DNA of 64,000 nt from an uncultured Acidobacteriota bacterium. GTDB lineage: Bacteria > Acidobacteriota > Thermoanaerobaculia > Thermoanaerobaculales > Thermoanaerobaculaceae. Positions within the stretch are counted from its first letter, which is position 1. Each line of letters opens with the position of its first letter. The translations under genes were made by a program, and so were the position numbers. The stretch spans positions 69,076 through 133,075 of the forward strand of contig CAVSFK010000004.1 in the NCBI GenBank assembly GCA_963727275.1, in the 5' to 3' direction. Shown here piece after piece: positions 37,236 through 45,810 of this stretch. The notes under the pieces are model-generated. The model worked only from the letters and a program-made list of their open reading frames with translations. It did no database searches and was not told the DNA's origin.

Positions 37236-37403
37236 TCACGCTGGAGGGCTCCCGGTGAGACGCTGTTTGATCTCCTTCAGGTCGTGCGAGATCTGGAAGA
37301 CCTTGACGATCGCGACCACGACGAGGGCGTAGAACGCAAGGAGGACCAAGGGGAACAAGATCAAGCCGATGCCGCCGAAGGGATGCATGAGCGTACCGGA
37401 CAT
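37236..37403 (-). CDS. small single-TM membrane protein, hypothetical (55 aa)
   Basis: MSGTLMHPFGGIGLILFPLVLLAFYALVVVAIVKVF... is preceded by GGAGGCCCCCC. Confidence 0.5.
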   Translation of the reverse strand: MSGTLMHPFGGIGLILFPLVLLAFYALVVVAIVKVFQISHDLKEIKQRLTGSPPA

Positions 37404-37452
37404 GGGGGGCCTCCGCGGCAAGTCTAGCGCCGGAAAGCGGCACCGCGCGGCC

Positions 37453-38322
37453 TCAGGGCGGTGTCGGGACCTTGCCGAGGCCCAGCCTGATCGTCATCCG
37501 CGCGCCCGAGCGATCGATCAGGCCGAACCGGCCGTCCCGGTCGCGGAAGACGAGCCGCGCCTCCGTTCGCGCCACCGGCGCGAGCTCGCGGTCGAGGTGC
37601 CCGGCCACGTGGGAGAACGCGGCCTCGGCGGCTGCGGCGTCCGGGTAGTCGGCAATGATCAGGGTGGTCCGGCCTCCATCGCCCTCGTACGACCCCGCGA
37701 CCGCGGAGACCTTGCCCCCGAGCCGAAGGATGTCGCCGTCGCCGAGCGTGACGAGCGCCGACAGCGCCACCGGCCCCCGGATGATGCGCTGCGAGCCCGG
37801 GATCAGTCGCGCCGTCGGCAGAACGCCGAGCGCGTCGGCCGGGCGCGCCGCCGGGAGGCGCGCCGCGATCGCACGGGCGAACTCCACGAGCGCGGCCGCC
37901 GCGGAGGCGCTGCCCGTGCCGTCGCCGACGATCACGACGTAACGGTCGTGGACCATCAGCAGTTGGTATCGGCCCGCGGTGTGACGTTCGGCGAGGCCCG
38001 GCGCCGGCGTCTCCGACCCGCACTTGCCGAGGTAGATCCCGAGCGCCGCGTCGGGGTCGTCCATGCGGTAGCACTCGACCACGACCTCCTCGCCGCCGCG
38101 CGTGTAGCGCTGGACCGTCGCCGCCGCGAACCCGAACTCGAGGAAGATCTCGGCGCCGCCGTCGATGTGGTTGTACAGGTCGGATCCGGTAAAGACCCGA
38201 GCCTCGCCGGCCCTGGTCCAGCCGGAGAGCGACCCGGACGGCGGCAGCAGGTCGGCATCGCCGGCCGCCGCTGCGGCCGCGGCGACGGACAGCGCAGCAA
38301 CGGCGAGCGCCGCGACCCTCAC
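37453..38322 (-). CDS. secreted hypothetical protein
   Basis: Signal-like VRVAALAVAALSVAAAAAAAG. Conserved-looking core LYNHIDGGAEIFLEFGF. The GTG start overlaps the upstream stop (GTGA), implying translational coupling to the DUF362 gene. Confidence 0.6.
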   Translation of the reverse strand: MRVAALAVAALSVAAAAAAAGDADLLPPSGSLSGWTRAGEARVFTGSDLYNHIDGGAEIFLEFGFAAATVQRYTRGGEEVVVECYRMDDPDAALGIYLGKCGSETPAPGLAERHTAGRYQLLMVHDRYVVIVGDGTGSASAAAALVEFARAIAARLPAARPADALGVLPTARLIPGSQRIIRGPVALSALVTLGDGDILRLGGKVSAVAGSYEGDGGRTTLIIADYPDAAAAEAAFSHVAGHLDRELAPVARTEARLVFRDRDGRFGLIDRSGARMTIRLGLGKVPTPP

Positions 38323-39524
38323 GCGCGCACCAGCGTGGTCCGCGCCGGATCGGCCACGCCGAGGCCGAGCTTCTCCGCGTACGCCAGGTACTCGGTGAAA
38401 CGGGGGTGTTCGTTGACCGCGATCCCCATCGCCCGGCGCTTGGCGACGATCTCGCGCTGGCAGATCGCGTCGAGGGCGAACGGGTCGGTCGCGAAGTACA
38501 GCGAGGCGTTGGGGTAGACGAACTTCTCGTTCTTGTCGGGTCCGTCCTCGTACTGGCCGCGCAACCCGTCGGTGACGTTGAGGACGAGCTTCTCCCGGAT
38601 CGGCGGCGCCGCCAGGACCTCGGTGTTGACCCGGAAGCCGAGCGGAGCGTGCAGGCGGCCGGTGTTGCACAGCGAGCCGTAGCCGAGGTTCTTGGTCGCC
38701 ATCGAGATCCCGTTGCCCGTGTTCTTGTACGCGGCGAGGTTCACGATCTTGGTGAGCCGCCGGGTGACGAGCTTGCCGAAGTACGAGCGCTCCCCGGCGA
38801 AGACGTGCTGGTTGAGGTAGAACTCATCGTCCTTGTAGCCGCGCACGCTCTTGCCGACGATCCCCTTCGCGAGGTAGTACGCGTCGAGGTCGAAGTTGGC
38901 GGCGGAGACGTGGTTGCCGTGCTCGTCGCGCCACCGGCTGCCCGACTCGTCCATCGTCTGCAGCGATTCGATCCCGACGCCGGGGAAGCGCTCGGCGGTG
39001 AACCCGGCATCCTTGAGCATCGGGCCGAAGCGGTCCCAAATCACAATATTGGCCTTGGGCAGACCGCAGTCGACGAGCCACCGGATCACCGCGTCGACGA
39101 GCTCCGGTTTGGTGTGGATGAGCGGCGCCCCGACCGGGTTGACCTTGAGCCCGACCACGTCGTCGAGCGCGAAGAACATCGCGAAGCTCGCCTTCATGCG
39201 CGCGCCGGTCAACTCGCGAACGCCGCGCTCGAACATCCCGTGCACGACCTTGGCGTCGACCTTGTCGCCGGCCAGCGAACGCGGGTCGGTGACCTTCACC
39301 ACCCTGCCCGGGAACGGCCCGGGCAACCCGTGCGGCCCCTTCGGCACCTTGAGGAAGTCGGCGATGTTCGTCTCCACCTCGGACGGCTTCGTGGCGTCTT
39401 CGCCCAGCGCCGCCCCGCCCAGGACCAGGCCGGCGGCGACCACGCTCGCGCTCCCGGCGGCCTTCACGAACTCGCGGCGGTCCATGGCGAGGGCACGGTC
39501 CATCGAGACGTAACGACGTTTCAT
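38319..39524 (-). CDS. DUF362-domain protein with a twin-arginine (Tat) signal
   Basis: Tat motif DRREFVKAAGSASVVAAG. The body resembles DUF362 (VGLKVNPVG..., IVIWDR...). The family call is from memory only. Confidence 0.65.
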   Translation of the reverse strand: MKRRYVSMDRALAMDRREFVKAAGSASVVAAGLVLGGAALGEDATKPSEVETNIADFLKVPKGPHGLPGPFPGRVVKVTDPRSLAGDKVDAKVVHGMFERGVRELTGARMKASFAMFFALDDVVGLKVNPVGAPLIHTKPELVDAVIRWLVDCGLPKANIVIWDRFGPMLKDAGFTAERFPGVGIESLQTMDESGSRWRDEHGNHVSAANFDLDAYYLAKGIVGKSVRGYKDDEFYLNQHVFAGERSYFGKLVTRRLTKIVNLAAYKNTGNGISMATKNLGYGSLCNTGRLHAPLGFRVNTEVLAAPPIREKLVLNVTDGLRGQYEDGPDKNEKFVYPNASLYFATDPFALDAICQREIVAKRRAMGIAVNEHPRFTEYLAYAEKLGLGVADPARTTLVRA

Positions 39525-39624
39525 GGCGACCTCCAGGGGCGAACCTGCGGGGGGGGCCCGCGTCGAGCATGATACGCGCCGGCGCGGGCGCAGTTGCGAA
39601 CGTGCGTGGCCGGTCGCGGGCGCC

Positions 39625-40137
39625 TCAGGGGGCGCCGGGCCGCCGCTGGCGCAAGACCTCGTAGAGCACGACGGCCACCGCCGTGGACAGGTTGAGGGAG
39701 CGCATTGTGGTGTCCGCCATCGGGATCGAGACGAAGCGCTCGAGGTGGCGCCGGCGCAGCTCCTCGGGCAGGCCGCCGCTCTCGCGCCCGAAGATCAACA
39801 CGGCGTCGGCAGGGAACGCGACATCCCAGACGTCGCGCGGCGCCTCGGCGGAGAAGAAGAACGGCGCGCCGAGCCCCGGGATGGCGGCCTCGAACGCCGC
39901 CCAGTCCTGCCAGACCACGGGGTCGACCCGCGGCCAGTAGTCGACGCCGGCGCGCCGCACCTCGCGCTCGTCGAGGGAGAACCCCAGCGGCCGCACGAGG
40001 TGGAGCTGAGCACCGGCGGCCAGGCACGTGCGGCCCGCGTTGCCCGTGTTCCACGCGATCTCGGGATGGACGAGCGCGACGTGGATCGACGGCCTTCGCG
40101 CGGCCGCAGCGGGTTCGGTCCGTACCGGACGGGGCAC
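39625..40137 (-). CDS. trmL: tRNA (cytidine/uridine-2'-O-)-methyltransferase TrmL (SpoU family)
   Basis: HVALVHPEIAWNTGNAGRTC, LIFGRESGGLP and IPMADTTMRSLNLSTAVAVVLYE motifs. Confidence 0.88.
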   Translation of the reverse strand: MPRPVRTEPAAAARRPSIHVALVHPEIAWNTGNAGRTCLAAGAQLHLVRPLGFSLDEREVRRAGVDYWPRVDPVVWQDWAAFEAAIPGLGAPFFFSAEAPRDVWDVAFPADAVLIFGRESGGLPEELRRRHLERFVSIPMADTTMRSLNLSTAVAVVLYEVLRQRRPGAP

Positions 40138-40243
40138 GGCGCGAGCTTAGCAGCGGTGGGCGGCGCCGTGCCGCCGTCGCCGAACGCTCGCCGCCGACAG
40201 CGCGGTGCTACGCTGACGCAAATCGTTCCGGAGGAGGTGGGTG

Positions 40244-40669
40244 ATGGCGATTGTGAACACCCGCAGGGTCTGGCTCGGGGCGCTGGTCGGATGGGTCGTG
40301 TGGGCGGTGTGGAGCTCGGTCATCAACATGGTGGTCCTGATGCCGAGGTACGCGGCCGCCGGGAAGGCGGGGACGATACTCACGCAGCCGCGCTACCCGT
40401 TCTTCGTGGTCGGCTGGTTCGTCGTCCTCGCCGTGCTGGCGCTGATCGCCGCCTGGCTCTACGCGGGGGTGCGGGCGACGCGCGGCGCCGGGCCGGGCAC
40501 CGCCCTCGCCGTGGGGGCGCTCCTCGGATTCGCGAGCGGCTTCCCGCTCGCGTTCTCGCTGGCCTCCTGGGCCCCGTTCTCTCGCGCCATCTCGCTCGGC
40601 TGGATGCTCGACCTGTGGATCGGCTCGATCCTCGCCACGCTCGTCGCGGGCTGGCTCTACAAGGACTGA
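40244..40669 (+). CDS. membrane protein, hypothetical (4 TM)
   Basis: Hydrophobic helices. GGAGGAGG lies upstream. A GTG at 40241 is an alternative start. Confidence 0.55.
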   Translation: MAIVNTRRVWLGALVGWVVWAVWSSVINMVVLMPRYAAAGKAGTILTQPRYPFFVVGWFVVLAVLALIAAWLYAGVRATRGAGPGTALAVGALLGFASGFPLAFSLASWAPFSRAISLGWMLDLWIGSILATLVAGWLYKD

Positions 40670-40675
40670 CCGCGC

Positions 40676-41833
40676 CTACAGGTGCGTCTGGATGCGGGCG
40701 AGGACCCGGCTCACCGCTTCCGCGAAGCGCTCGGGCTCCGGCAGGAGGCTGAGTACCAGGACGCCGGGACGCGGGAAGTCGAAGAAGTAGCCGGGGTGCA
40801 CGGCGACCGAGTCGCGCTCGAGCAGTTCGAGGACGAGCGCCTCCTCCCCGACCACCGCGGGAAAATCGAGCACGGCATTCCACCCCCCGCCCGGATGCCG
40901 CACCCCGAGCGCGGGCGCCGCGTGGACGGCCCGCTGCAGCGTCTCGAGGTTCAAGCGGCAACGGGCGAGGATCGCGTCGCGCACGGCGCGCGCTTCCCGG
41001 CACAGGCTCGGGAGCGCGAGCTGCACCGGCGTGGCCACGGAGAGGTACGTGTCCGCGATGAATTCGAGGCGCTCGACCGCGGCGGCGGCGTCGCGTTCCG
41101 GCCCGCCGACCACGATCCAGGCCAGCTTGAGCTGCGGCAGTCCCAGGCTCTTCGACAGGCCGCCGAGCGTGAACGTCAGCGCGGCCCCGGTCGCGGCGAA
41201 GCTCGAGCCGGCGCCGGGCCCGCCCGCCAGCGGGTAGTCGAGGAACACCTCGTCCGCGATGATCGCCCACCCGCGCTCGGCGGCGAGCGCCGAGAGCGCC
41301 GCCCGGTCGTCGGGGTGGACAAACGAGCCCGTGGGGTTGTTGGGGTGCACGACGACGACGGCGCGCACGTTCGCCGGGGCGGCCGCGAGCGCATGCAGGT
41401 CGGGCCGCCACCCGAGATCGGGCTCGAGGTGATAGGGGACCGGCTCGATCCCCTCGGCGAGCGCGAGGTGCTCGAAGAGCGGGTACGACGGCGACGGCAC
41501 GAGCACCGCGTCCGCGGGGTCGGCGAGGAGCTTGAACAGGAACGCGTACGCCTCGCTCGTCGATGCCGTCAGCGTCACGCGCTCCGGGTCGACCGTCGCT
41601 CCGTGGCGGCGGTACTCCTCCGCCACCGCCTGCCGGGCGGAAAGGCGCCCCCGCGGGTGCGGGCGATACACGAGGCCCGCGGGGTCGCACAGGGGGTCGA
41701 GGAGGCCGTCCGGGTAGGGGATGCCGCACGAGGTCGGGTTGGCGAGCGTGAGGTCGAACCGCGGCTCGACCGCGGCCCGCTGGGCGGCGATCCGGTTGGG
41801 GGCGAGATCGGACGGGACGCGACGCGAGAACAC
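40676..41833 (-). CDS. pyridoxal-phosphate-dependent aminotransferase (class I/II)
   Basis: SPSYPLFEH, VVVHPNNPTG, and the PLP lysine context GLSKSLGLPQLKLAW. Confidence 0.85.
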   Translation of the reverse strand: MFSRRVPSDLAPNRIAAQRAAVEPRFDLTLANPTSCGIPYPDGLLDPLCDPAGLVYRPHPRGRLSARQAVAEEYRRHGATVDPERVTLTASTSEAYAFLFKLLADPADAVLVPSPSYPLFEHLALAEGIEPVPYHLEPDLGWRPDLHALAAAPANVRAVVVVHPNNPTGSFVHPDDRAALSALAAERGWAIIADEVFLDYPLAGGPGAGSSFAATGAALTFTLGGLSKSLGLPQLKLAWIVVGGPERDAAAAVERLEFIADTYLSVATPVQLALPSLCREARAVRDAILARCRLNLETLQRAVHAAPALGVRHPGGGWNAVLDFPAVVGEEALVLELLERDSVAVHPGYFFDFPRPGVLVLSLLPEPERFAEAVSRVLARIQTHL

Positions 41834-41913
41834 TGGTTTCCCCGCGGGATTGTCGCACGGACGCGCCGTCCCCCACCGCCGCGGTGTAGAATCCGCCGAC
41901 CTCAGGGGGGAGC

Positions 41914-43113
41914 ATGAAAGAGCTACTGCCGGCCCGAACCCAGGAGTACCAGGCGCGTGCGCACGAGGTCGCGGAGAAGTTCGTCCGCCCGGTGGCCGCC
42001 GAGCTCGACCGGACCGGCGAGTACCCGTGGACCGTGATCGACGCGCTGCGGGAGTACGACCTCATGGGGATCTGGATCCCGACCGAGTACGGCGGCCACG
42101 GCGCCGGGGTGCTCGACATGTGCATCGTGGTGGAGGAGCTGTCGCGCGCCTGCGGCGGCGTGGGCGTGGCGTACGCGGTCAACGCGCTCGGTTCCTTCCC
42201 GATCGTCCTGGGCGGGACGGACGACCAGAAGCGCAAGTACCTCCCATCGGTCGCCAAGGGCGAGCGTCTGATCGCATTCGGCCTGTCGGAGAAAGCCTCC
42301 GGGTCGGACGCGGGCTCCCTGCGGGCGCGGGCGCTGCGCAACGGCGACGGGTACGTCGTCACCGGCGACAAGAAGTGGACGACCAACGCGAACGCCGCGA
42401 CGATCTACACCGTGTACGCCTCGACGAACCCGGAGCGCGGCACGCGCGGGGCCTCCGCCTTCATCCTCGAAAAGGGCACGCCGGGTTTCGAGATCGGGCG
42501 CCGCGAGCAGCTCATGGGGATCCGGTGCGTCCCCGTCCACGAGCTGCACTTCCACGACTGCAAGGTGCCGGCCTCCGCGCTGCTCGGCGAGAAGGAAGGC
42601 GCGGGGTTCGCCAACGCGATGATGACGCTCGACCGCGCCCGCCCCGGCGTGGCGGCGCAGGCCGTCGGGCTGGCCCAGGGCGCGCTCGAATGGGCGATCC
42701 GCTACACCTCCGAGCGGCAACAGTTCGGGCAGAGCGTGATGTCGTTCCAGGCCGTCCAGTTCATGCTCGCCGACATGGCGATCCAGGTCGAGGCGTCACG
42801 CCAGCTCGTCTACACCGCGGCGCGGGCCATCGACGCCGGGCTGCGCAACGTCTCCAAGCTCGCGGCGATGTGCAAGGTGCTCGCCACCGACACCGCGATG
42901 CGCGTCACGACCGACGCCGTGCAGCTGTTCGGCGGGTACGGCTACTGCCAGGACTACCCGATCGAGAAGTACATGCGCGACGCCAAGATCACCCAGATCT
43001 ACGAGGGCACCAACCAGATCCAGCGGGTCGTGATCGGCAGGGCGCTGACTCGGGAGGCGGATCAGATCGCGGGGCATCTCACGGTCAAGGTCGAGCACCC
43101 CCCCAAGCCTTAA
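41914..43113 (+). CDS. acyl-CoA dehydrogenase
   Basis: GLSEKASGSDAGSL, KKWTTNA, QLFGGYGYCQDYPIEKYMRDAKITQIYEGTNQIQ. Confidence 0.92.
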   Translation: MKELLPARTQEYQARAHEVAEKFVRPVAAELDRTGEYPWTVIDALREYDLMGIWIPTEYGGHGAGVLDMCIVVEELSRACGGVGVAYAVNALGSFPIVLGGTDDQKRKYLPSVAKGERLIAFGLSEKASGSDAGSLRARALRNGDGYVVTGDKKWTTNANAATIYTVYASTNPERGTRGASAFILEKGTPGFEIGRREQLMGIRCVPVHELHFHDCKVPASALLGEKEGAGFANAMMTLDRARPGVAAQAVGLAQGALEWAIRYTSERQQFGQSVMSFQAVQFMLADMAIQVEASRQLVYTAARAIDAGLRNVSKLAAMCKVLATDTAMRVTTDAVQLFGGYGYCQDYPIEKYMRDAKITQIYEGTNQIQRVVIGRALTREADQIAGHLTVKVEHPPKP

Positions 43114-43115
43114 CG

Positions 43116-43324
43116 GGCGCCGCCGGCGTCGGACCTCTCGCGGCGTTGCGCATCGCGGCCTCGCATCCTCACGTACCCTCCGGGTACGCTCCGGTGCGGG
43201 CCGCTCGCGCGCCTTGCGATAGGCCCAACGGCGGCGGCGCGGCTACCCGCCCCAAGCTGCGAGGCCCTGCCTTTGGTGTTGTGGTGCTGTCGTTCTCGGA
43301 CCACCGGCCACTGGCCACCGGCCA
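43116..43324 (+). repeat. ~200-nt intergenic repeat family, copy 2 (hairpin at 43172-43188; CCGGCCA-type heptamer tail at 43297-43324)
   Basis: Shares gggcgccgcc..., catcctcacgtaccctccgggtacgctccgg, ggcggcgcggctac and ggccctgcct with copy 1. It lies between the acyl-CoA dehydrogenase stop and the tmRNA 3' end. Confidence 0.65.
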
Positions 43325-43370
43325 CGCCTCTTCCTCGACGGAGGCCGTCCGGGCATGACAGGGTCCGAGA

Positions 43371-43723
43371 TGGTGGAGGCGGGGGGAATCGAACCCCCGT
43401 CCGGAGGACTTGGGCCGCAGGTGTCTCCGTGCGCAGCCTACGGTTGGTTCTCGTCACGGCGGCTGGGCGTAGGCTCCCGACCGCCGCGACCAGCCCGATT
43501 TCTCTCGACCGCCGCTGCCGGGCGAAGCGGCGGTCCAGCCTGCTTTGGCGTCGCCGTGATCAGGTTCGCAGGCGGGAGCCGGCGATCACGACGTGACTGC
43601 GGTTAGGCAGCCAGTGCTAGCTCAGTGTTGGCAGCTATGAGTGTCCGCCTGTTTAACGTGGCGGCGGGCCACGACACGCTGCCGGCGACCCAACATGTCC
43701 CCCGTCGAACCCGGTACGCCCCC
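43371..43723 (-). ncRNA. ssrA: transfer-messenger RNA (tmRNA)
   Basis: The reverse strand starts GGGGGCGTACCGGGTTCGACGGGGG and ends GGACGGGGGTTCGATTCCCCCCGCCTCCACCA. The acceptor stem has a G3:U pair. The tag ORF GCT GCC AAC ACT GAG CTA GCA CTG GCT GCC TAA (43635-43603) encodes (A)ANTELALAA*. Confidence 0.93.
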
Positions 43724-43799
43724 AGGTCGCGGATCGTCAACAGTGTACGACCTTTTCGACGGCTTGACGAGGGCCGCTCCGGGGGTTACCGTGAGGGCC

Positions 43800-44174
43800 A
43801 TGGGGGAGCTCGAACCGATCTGCGTCGTTCTCACGTCCGTAGGAACCGAGCAGCAGGCCGTCGAGATCTCCCAGGAACTGGTCGCCCGCCGCCTCGCCAC
43901 CTGCGTCAACATCGTCCCCTGCCTACGTTCCATCTACCGGTGGAAGGGCAAGGTCTGCGAGGACAGCGAGTTCCTGCTCCTCGTCAAGACGCGCCGCGCG
44001 CTCTTCCCGGCGGTGAGCGAGGCGATCCGCGAGCTCCACTCCTACGAACTGCCGGAGGTCCTCGAATTCCCGGTCGGCGAAAGCGAGCCGAACTTCCAGC
44101 GCTGGGTGGCCGAAATGGCGACCGGCGTGCCGGAGGCCGAGGTCGAGCCGGAGGCCGAACCCTCGTTCGACTGA
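43800..44174 (+). CDS. cutA: divalent-cation tolerance protein CutA
   Basis: LVARRLATCVNIVP.LRSIYRWKGKVCEDSEFLLLVKT and LHSYELPEV motifs. The ORF-track start at 43641 overlaps the tmRNA and is rejected. Confidence 0.88.
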   Translation: MGELEPICVVLTSVGTEQQAVEISQELVARRLATCVNIVPCLRSIYRWKGKVCEDSEFLLLVKTRRALFPAVSEAIRELHSYELPEVLEFPVGESEPNFQRWVAEMATGVPEAEVEPEAEPSFD

Positions 44175-44298
44175 CCGGCCCTGGGCGGTAACGGCTCTTT
44201 CTGCACAAGCGGAGTCTCATGTTCCGGTTGCCTCTTTCCCGCACACGTCGTACACTTCAACCGGTCGGGGCTCGTCGCCTCGACCCGGAGGGCCAACC

Positions 44299-45225
44299 AT
44301 GAAAATCGCGCGCGTCGTGGCCGGTGCGATGCTGCTCGTGCCGTCGCTGCTGTTCGCCCAGGCGCAGGGAAGGATCAAGGGCGTCGTGACCGACCTGAAG
44401 GGAACACCCATCGCGGGCGCGAAGGTCATCCTCAGCTGCCCCGAGATCGCCAACTTCCACAAGACGCTCACTACCGACAAGGACGGCGGGTTCGCGACGC
44501 TCATCGTCGACGCGACGCGGCAGTACCTCTTTCACGTCGAGGCCACCGGATACCAGCCCATGGAGCAGATGAACAAGCCCAAGATCGGCGGCGAGACCCT
44601 CGAGCTCGCGTTCGCGCTCAAGAGCGTCCAACAGCTCCAGGCCGAGGCCCAGCAGAAGGCGCTCGACCAGCCTGGCATCAAGGAGGCCCGCGAGGGTCAG
44701 GAATTGCTCGAGGCGGGCAAGACCGCGGAGGCGAGGGCGAAGTTCGCCGCGGCGGTTGCGGCGAAGCCCGACCTCTACCTGGCCTGGTTGCAGCTGGGCG
44801 ATATCGACCAGAGGGCCGGTAAGAACGACGACGCGCTCGTCGCCGCCGACAAGTGCCTGGCGGCCAAGCCGGAGTTCCCCCAGTGCCTGGCGCTCGGGAT
44901 GAACGCGAGCCAGGCCAAGGGTGACAAGGCTACCTACCAGAAGTACGCCGAGCGCTACAAGCTGGCGAACCCGTCCGACCCGTCGCTCTACTACAACGAG
45001 GCGGTGGTGTTCCTCAACAAGGCCGACGACGCCAAGGCGCGCCCGCTGCTCGAGAAGGCGCTCGAGGCCGACCCGAAGTACGCCGACGCGATGTTCCAGC
45101 TCGGCATGGTCTGCTTCCGCGGCGGCGACACCGCGAAGGCCAAGGAGCTCCTGCAGAAGTTCCTCGAGATCGCGCCCACCCACAAGGAAGCGCCGACCGC
45201 CAAGGAGATGCTGAAGTACCTGTAG
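44299..45225 (+). CDS. secreted protein with a carboxypeptidase-regulatory-like domain and TPR repeats
   Basis: Signal peptide. GRIKGVVTDLKGTPIAGAKVIL..TDKDGGF (CarboxypepD_reg-like). C-terminal TPRs (LEKALEADPKYADAMFQLGMV...). Confidence 0.7.
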   Translation: MKIARVVAGAMLLVPSLLFAQAQGRIKGVVTDLKGTPIAGAKVILSCPEIANFHKTLTTDKDGGFATLIVDATRQYLFHVEATGYQPMEQMNKPKIGGETLELAFALKSVQQLQAEAQQKALDQPGIKEAREGQELLEAGKTAEARAKFAAAVAAKPDLYLAWLQLGDIDQRAGKNDDALVAADKCLAAKPEFPQCLALGMNASQAKGDKATYQKYAERYKLANPSDPSLYYNEAVVFLNKADDAKARPLLEKALEADPKYADAMFQLGMVCFRGGDTAKAKELLQKFLEIAPTHKEAPTAKEMLKYL

Positions 45226-45234
45226 AGACAGCGG

Positions 45235-45430
45235 TCAGGGCGTAGGGCTCAGGGGTCAGGGAGAACCACATAACGAGGGGTGCAGCGCGCGGCTCGTGCT
45301 CGAACCCACCGCGGCGTCCGTTCTGGAATAGTCGTTTCCACCGTCAACTAAGCGTCTTAGCTGCGCCCTGCGCCCTGCGCCCTGCGCCCTGCGCCCTGCG
45401 CCCTGCGCCCTGCGCCCTGTGCCCTGTCAC
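45235..45430. repeat. inverted heptamer arrays: 4 degenerate CAGGGNN units (45235-45262) and 8 perfect plus 2 degenerate CTGCGCC units (45361-45430), flanking a 98-bp lower-GC core
   Basis: Read directly. The left arm is TCAGGGC GTAGGGC TCAGGGG TCAGGGA. The right arm (CTGCGCC)8 CTGTGCC CTGTCAC is the reverse complement of the (GCAGGGC)-type unit. The right array runs into the panD stop codon. Confidence 0.9.
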
Positions 45431-45810
45431 TCCGGCACGTCGAACGGGGTCGGCTCGCGTATCTCGGTGATGCGGTTCCCCTCGCCGAGAAGCACGACGC
45501 GCGCCCGGTGGCGGGCGACGTCTTCGCGATCCAACATGGCGTAAGCGGCGATGATCACCAGGTCTCCGGTGGCGACGAGATGCGCGGCGGCGCCGTTGAC
45601 GCCGACCTCGCCGCTCCCGGGGCCGGCGGCCAGGCAGTACGTCGTGAAGCGCGCCCCGCTCGTGATGTCGTAGACGTCGACCTGCTCGAGCGGGAGTATG
45701 TCGGCCGCCTCGAGCAGCGCGCGGTCGATGGTGATCGAGCCGACGTAGTCGGGATCGCGGCGCGTGACCCGAGCGCGGTGGATCTTGGCGCGAAGGAACG
45801 GACGCAGCAT
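45427..45810 (-). CDS. panD: aspartate 1-decarboxylase
   Basis: MLRPFLRAKIHRARVT...YVGSITID (self-processing G-S site). ATGA overlap with panC. Confidence 0.92.
   Translation of the reverse strand: MLRPFLRAKIHRARVTRRDPDYVGSITIDRALLEAADILPLEQVDVYDITSGARFTTYCLAAGPGSGEVGVNGAAAHLVATGDLVIIAAYAMLDREDVARHRARVVLLGEGNRITEIREPTPFDVPE

Noticed and set aside
40380-42386. A 668-aa minus-strand ORF spanning the aminotransferase / acyl-CoA dehydrogenase region
   Set aside because: It is out of frame with the aminotransferase and antisense to the acyl-CoA dehydrogenase. Its composition (R/P/A/G) is non-protein-like.
43113-43800. A genomic island or integrase at the ssrA 3' end
   Set aside because: No integrase, no direct repeat of the tmRNA 3' end, and ordinary housekeeping genes on both sides. 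Only the ~200-nt repeat element is present.
43625-44191. ORFs 43625-44191 and 43641-44174 starting inside the tmRNA
   Set aside because: Their 5' parts overlap ssrA. Only the CutA-homologous portion from the ATG at 43800 is credible.
45361-45430. The heptamer array as a coding low-complexity region of panD or a separate gene
   Set aside because: A 7-nt period cannot maintain a reading frame. The array begins beyond the conserved PanD C-terminus and only touches its stop codon.
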